Origin: Promethearchaeia archaeon
Lineage (GTDB): Archaea; Asgardarchaeota; Lokiarchaeia; Sigyniarchaeales; SOKP01
Length of the DNA: 11,927 bases
Assembly: GCA_029856155.1 (NCBI GenBank)
Contig: JAHQWL010000008.1
Location: forward strand, 1 to 11,927
Reading direction: 5' to 3'
Part shown: positions 8,249 through 11,927 of the stretch, one piece after another
Numbering within the stretch: the first letter of the stretch is position 1
Layout: each line of letters starts with the position of its first letter
Made by a program: the position numbers and the translations under genes
The notes under the pieces: model-generated
What the model was told of the DNA's origin: nothing
What the model saw: the letters and a program-made list of their open reading frames with translations, nothing else
Databases searched by the model: none

Positions 8249-9037
8249 TCAAATAGGCACATAATTTTTTTGAAATAAACTAAAGAGAAAATATGCAATA
8301 CCAAAGTAATTGATTTCGATAGATTTTTCTTTTCTATCAATTGGATTTGGAAAAATGTTCAATGCAGAAATTGAAGACAACTTTTGAATAAAACCATTGA
8401 TAACACCCCTCGAAATTGTTTCATTCCTAACTTTCTCCATTGCTGTTTTCAAATCCTCTAATGATTTATATGTTTTTCTATGGTTTAATAAAGAATTTTC
8501 ATTAAAAGTTACATTAGATTTAAAAAATTGAGTATAATCTTCATAGTCATCAAAAAAGAGCCCTAAAAATTCAAACTGCTTATCGGTAAGTGGTTGAAAG
8601 GGGATTGAGGGTATTTCGACATTTGAGTAAATTCCTACCTCTTCATTTTTTTCATAGATAAAATTTCCGTGTATGATTTTTGAATTCGTAATAGAACTCG
8701 CTAAATAAAACCAAATATCCATATAACGCAAACCACCGGATATGTTTACAGTTATATTATCATAATTCAGCAATTTCTGTTGGTATATGAGATGAACTAA
8801 TTCTGCCACCGGCTTTGTTTGAATATGAAAATCAAATTTTATATCGGCCACTTCAATTTTTCGTTCCTTATAATACTTGAGAAGAGCTCCTAACACTTTT
8901 TTGGCCTCAAGTGTTCCTGGAAGCGGTTCACTTTCGGTAATAAATATGAGTTTATGAGATATTTCTTTATCGATTGATAGGATTAACTTATGGGACGTAT
9001 GCCCGACCAGTACAATTTGACAATAAGTTTCTTGCAT
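8249..9037 (-). CDS. Csa3-like / DUF6293-type CARF domain plus winged-HTH transcriptional regulator
   Basis: Rossmann-like start IVLVGHT, strand LIFIT, CARF motif VNISGGLR (compare Csa3 NLSGGMR), linker EIPSIP..LTDKQFEFL, and a C-terminal wHTH (SLEDLK...ISRGVINGFIQKL...KSIEINYFG). Confidence 0.85.
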   Translation of the reverse strand: MQETYCQIVLVGHTSHKLILSIDKEISHKLIFITESEPLPGTLEAKKVLGALLKYYKERKIEVADIKFDFHIQTKPVAELVHLIYQQKLLNYDNITVNISGGLRYMDIWFYLASSITNSKIIHGNFIYEKNEEVGIYSNVEIPSIPFQPLTDKQFEFLGLFFDDYEDYTQFFKSNVTFNENSLLNHRKTYKSLEDLKTAMEKVRNETISRGVINGFIQKLSSISALNIFPNPIDRKEKSIEINYFGIAYFLFSLFQKNYVPI

Positions 9038-9060
9038 AATAAGTGTTCCTATATTTATTA

Positions 9061-9188
9061 TATGTTCATGAAAATTAATAAATCAGTTGTTAATTTGTGA
9101 TCATACCTATTAACTTTTGAACATATATATTATCTAGGCTATATGATCACAAAAAAGTATTTAAACGAATATGGTTATTATGATCATG
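9061..9188. promoter_or_regulatory. Divergent promoter region with five TATG(A/T)TCA operator-like boxes, including a perfect 12-bp inverted repeat
   Basis: TATGTTCA 9061-9068 (+), TGATCATA 9098-9105 (-), TGAACATA 9118-9125 (-), TATGATCA 9142-9149 (+), TATGATCA 9179-9186 (+). TTTGTGATCATA 9094-9105 and TATGATCACAAA 9142-9153 are exact reverse complements. A BRE/TATA-like AAAAAAGTATTTAAA lies at 9151-9165. Confidence 0.65.
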
Positions 9189-9201
9189 TAATTTTTAAAC
9201 C

Positions 9202-9364
9202 AGGAAAGAGAAAAAAATAGGGCGAAAACCATGTCACTTCATTACCAAAAGGCAAATTTTGTCGTTAAGGGATCATTCCAAGTTTTTAGAATGACCCTTA
9301 TCTAAGGGTGGGGCAAAACGGGTGATCTTAAGCTATATGCTTAACCTATTTTCACTTTTTTCCT
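9202..9364 (+). ncRNA. Putative structured RNA (ncRNA or structured 5' leader), family unknown
   Basis: Nested complementary segments: 9202-9221/9345-9364, 9233-9239/9320-9326, 9257-9263/9312-9318 and 9266-9278/9289-9300, plus hairpin 9328-9344. It is visibly more G/C-rich than the other intergenic regions and begins ~35 nt after a TATA-like box. Confidence 0.5.
9231..9305 (+). CDS. Possible 24-aa small ORF (MSLHYQKANFVVKGSFQVFRMTLI) inside the structured element
   Basis: ATG 9231 to TAA 9303-9305, with a purine-rich upstream sequence. It is too short to prove coding. Confidence 0.25.
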   Translation: MSLHYQKANFVVKGSFQVFRMTLI

Positions 9365-9395
9365 ATTAATATCTAATAAATAGAGTGAAACAAAT

Positions 9396-9710
9396 ATGGG
9401 AAAATCATTTGGTATTGTTGCAATGATCTTTGGCTCAATTAGTATACCAATCTGCGCAGCAATGGTTGTTCTTAGTACTATAAGTAATTTCTATAGTTCA
9501 TTACTGGGAATACCTAATCTTTTAGCTCTATTATCTATGATAGGTTGGTTAATACCTGCCATTGCAATTATTTTCGGAATAATCGGTATCATTAAAGATG
9601 ATTCTAAAGGACTTGCAATGGCTGGGCTGATCCTTGGAGCCATCGCTTTAATTCTAGGTCTAATTTTACTTTTTGTGATTACAAATTCTTTTAGCGGATT
9701 AATTCCATGA
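9396..9710 (+). CDS. Small three-TM membrane protein, DUF4190-like
   Basis: GAGTGA SD-like site at 9383-9388 and three hydrophobic helices. AIIFGIIGI.K...KGLAMAGLILG is the typical DUF4190 pattern. Confidence 0.8.
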   Translation: MGKSFGIVAMIFGSISIPICAAMVVLSTISNFYSSLLGIPNLLALLSMIGWLIPAIAIIFGIIGIIKDDSKGLAMAGLILGAIALILGLILLFVITNSFSGLIP

Positions 9711-9729
9711 AATAACCAATATAAAATTC

Positions 9730-9737
9730 TTTTTTTT
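9730..9737 (+). terminator. Putative oligo-T terminator
   Basis: T8 run about 20 nt after the DUF4190-like stop codon. Confidence 0.35.
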
Positions 9738-9806
9738 GATATTTCTCAATATAATCAATAAAAGTAATTTGAAAAAGACTTAATACTAAAAATCTCATCT
9801 AAATAT

Positions 9807-10052
9807 GTGAATGAAGTGGAAGTTGTTACTATAATTTTTGGACATCTCCAAAAAGAAAATTAGCAATTCTGGATTGATGATCATTCTATTCATAAAGATT
9901 TACAATATAAAAAACATTGCCTAGTGATCAGTGAAGCTCGTCCCGATATTTTTGGCTTAAATAATGCTAAGCAAGTTTTCGCAGTAGAAGTAAAAGGTTT
10001 AACAGATTATAAAAAAGCAATTTTTTGTAGCAGGCAGGTCAAAATATCTTAA
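9807..10052 (+). pseudogene. Disrupted PD-(D/E)xK (restriction-endonuclease-like) nuclease
   Basis: Not in the ORF track. From GTG 9807 it reads MNEVEVVTIIFGHLQKEN*QFWIDDHSIHKDLQYKKHCLVISEARPDIFGLNNAKQVFAVEVKGLTDYKKAIFCSRQVKIS*. It has a motif I Glu helix, RPDI and AVEVKG. There is an in-frame TAG at 9861-9863, and similarity stops at KKAI, where a GQ..Y helix would be expected. Confidence 0.75.
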
Positions 10053-10468
10053 TTCATCCTTTACCTCAAATCTGTCAATATCTATGAAAATAAAATAGTA
10101 ATAATAATGTTTATAAAAGCCCGGTATTTTTTTTGGATTTTATTTTCTTCTTAAAATATAATAAAAAACTTACTCTTAAAATAATTCTTTCCAACTACTC
10201 TCATTCTCTATTAATAATAGTTGAATTTCAACTCCAAATATAGTTTCAGTTTTATTAATTTTTGAAAAGTAATCATCCATATCATCAAAAATATTGAATT
10301 TATTAAAAATTAACATTTTTGTAATAAAATTAACATATTTTATTTAAGCATACTCTGATATAATAAATAAACGACACTCTATTTTTTCAAAATTGTGTAT
10401 TGAAAGGTAAGCAGCATTACATCACCATTAAAATTAATGAATAAATACCATTAAAGGTTTTAAAATAC

Positions 10469-11836
10469 ATGAGTAGGACGCATGAACCAAATAGGGAGAA
10501 AACCTTCAAGTCATTATGGTTTCTAATTTTCATGATCTCCTTTTGTTTAGGGATTATGCCTGTCAATATCGATAATCTGTTATTAAACCTTCCTGGAACT
10601 ACAAAATTAGGAATTGGAATTTATTCGGTATCTTATTTACTCGTAGTATCTGTTAATCTTATGGCTTTTGGCTTTTACGAAGATAAAATAACAGAAAGGA
10701 AATTACGAAAAAAACTCTTTGTGATTACTAATCTGATATGGGTTATAGCTTATGGTTTAATCCCAATTTCACCAAATTTTCATTTTTATTTACTTTTTAT
10801 AATAATCGGTGCTATTGGTTTTGGAGCATTTATACCAATAGGGTATTCAATAATAAGCGATTTTTATTCACCCAAAGAACGAGGGAAAAAGTATGGTTCT
10901 ATACATGCAGGTTTAATCTTAGGTACTGGTGTAGGAATTATTGTGGGAGGTTTATTAGGAAATTATGCTGGTCCTAATGGATGGAGGTTTGCTTATGCTA
11001 TAGGCTTAATTTTTGGATTATTAGCAGTAATCAATTTTATTTTAAAAGCAATAGATCCTGAACGAGGTCAAGGTGAATCAGAATTAAGAGAGTTTGAAGA
11101 AAACTTTATCTACGATTACAGAATTGACATTGAAAGATTAGGTCTCCTACTAAGTAAAAAATCTGTAATATCAATTTTAATTTATACGCTTTTTTCTGGA
11201 ATTGCTGTCTCAACTATAAGCTCTTGGGGAATTTTTTACCTTACGTTAAGATTTAATGGAATTTATGAAGAATTATCCGCCACAGTATTATATCTCTTAA
11301 CTGGAGTGGGTATTTTACCTGGAACAATTCTGGGTGGAAAAATTGGAGATTTTTTATATCGTTCAGGGGAAATAAGAGGCCGAATTTATTTATCTGTTCT
11401 AGGTTCAATTTCAGGAATAATCTGTTTAATGATCTTCTATTTATTACCTATTTCTGCGACAAATCAATTGGAAATAACGCTTTCTTGGATTTTTTTTCTA
11501 ATCATTGGCTTTTTGGGATATTTTTTAGTTTCTTTGAGTACAGGAAATGTTTATGCAATTTTTTCTGAAGTTTGCGTTCCTAAAGCTAGAAGTACTGCTA
11601 ACGCACTTCATCAGGTAATGTTAAATATTGGTGGAATTTTTGGTAATGTAGTTCTCGTAAGTTTGATAGAACGCGATTTATCATTATTACCATACGCTAT
11701 GTTTTTGCTTTTATTATTTTGGCTTATAGGAACTTCACTATGGATAATAGCCTATATATATTATCCTATTGAATCTAAATATGTTCGAGAACTTATGACC
11801 GAAAGAAGGAAAGAATTAGAACAAAATTTGAACTAA
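10469..11836 (+). CDS. Major facilitator superfamily transporter (spinster-like features)
   Basis: About 12 TM segments in 6+6 arrangement with a central hydrophilic loop. Motifs include degenerate motif A (GFYEDK..ERKLRKK), ISDFYSPKERG, GWRFAY, GGKIGD and EV..PKARSTANA. Confidence 0.92.
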   Translation: MSRTHEPNREKTFKSLWFLIFMISFCLGIMPVNIDNLLLNLPGTTKLGIGIYSVSYLLVVSVNLMAFGFYEDKITERKLRKKLFVITNLIWVIAYGLIPISPNFHFYLLFIIIGAIGFGAFIPIGYSIISDFYSPKERGKKYGSIHAGLILGTGVGIIVGGLLGNYAGPNGWRFAYAIGLIFGLLAVINFILKAIDPERGQGESELREFEENFIYDYRIDIERLGLLLSKKSVISILIYTLFSGIAVSTISSWGIFYLTLRFNGIYEELSATVLYLLTGVGILPGTILGGKIGDFLYRSGEIRGRIYLSVLGSISGIICLMIFYLLPISATNQLEITLSWIFFLIIGFLGYFLVSLSTGNVYAIFSEVCVPKARSTANALHQVMLNIGGIFGNVVLVSLIERDLSLLPYAMFLLLLFWLIGTSLWIIAYIYYPIESKYVRELMTERRKELEQNLN

Positions 11837-11927
11837 AAAATAGCTATAAAGTCTTAAAATAATACTATAATAAAGAATTCCAACTAATCTTGTTATCTAT
11901 TAATGTTAATTGAATATTAGTATCATA

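Noticed and set aside
8149-8340. 63-aa minus-strand ORF overlapping the CARF gene end
   Set aside because: Out-of-frame overlap with a non-ATG start and no motif.
9328-9355. IS200/IS605 right end (hairpin followed by TCAC)
   Set aside because: There is no tnpA/tnpB remnant and no matching guide tetranucleotide 5' of the hairpin. The segment is better explained as part of the larger structure.
9708-9710. TGA stops (9708-9710 and 6672-6674) as selenocysteine codons
   Set aside because: The downstream frames are short, low-complexity intergenic sequence, there is no redox-motif context, and no SECIS was recognised.
9861-9863. In-frame TAG as pyrrolysine or read-through
   Set aside because: The gene is also truncated downstream, so a nonsense mutation is the simpler explanation.
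8249-10468. CRISPR array or mini-array near the Csa3-like gene
   Set aside because: No 24-48 bp direct repeats with regular spacers were seen. The repeated boxes are 8-12 bp and in mixed orientation.
10738-10977. 79-aa alternative-frame ORF within the MFS gene
   Set aside because: Typical off-frame product of a hydrophobic gene.

Overview
AT-rich archaeal-type window. Archaeal origin is supported by GGTGA-type Shine-Dalgarno sites and by TATA boxes 25-30 nt before near-leaderless starts. The NPRL2/longin-like domain suggests an Asgard archaeon, probably Lokiarchaeia (inference). In order, the window holds: the start of a minus-strand gene running off the left edge; a small basic Cys-containing protein resembling a divergent ribosomal eS26; a 637-aa protein with a long E/R/K charged tail; a CPBP (CAAX/Abi) intramembrane protease; a truncated GNAT acetyltransferase remnant; a membrane-anchored CARDB plus beta-helix surface protein; an NPRL2/longin-like plus MEDS sensor fusion; an orphan Csa3-like CARF-wHTH regulator; a DUF4190-like membrane protein; a broken PD-(D/E)xK nuclease; and an MFS transporter. 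The most interesting unannotated element is the 9038-9395 intergenic region next to the CARF regulator. It has five TATG(A/T)TCA operator-like boxes around divergent promoters, followed by a ~163-nt extensively self-complementary RNA-like element that contains a 24-codon ORF. No CRISPR array, tRNA, rRNA or transposase was seen. All family assignments come from motif recognition by eye, not from database searches.
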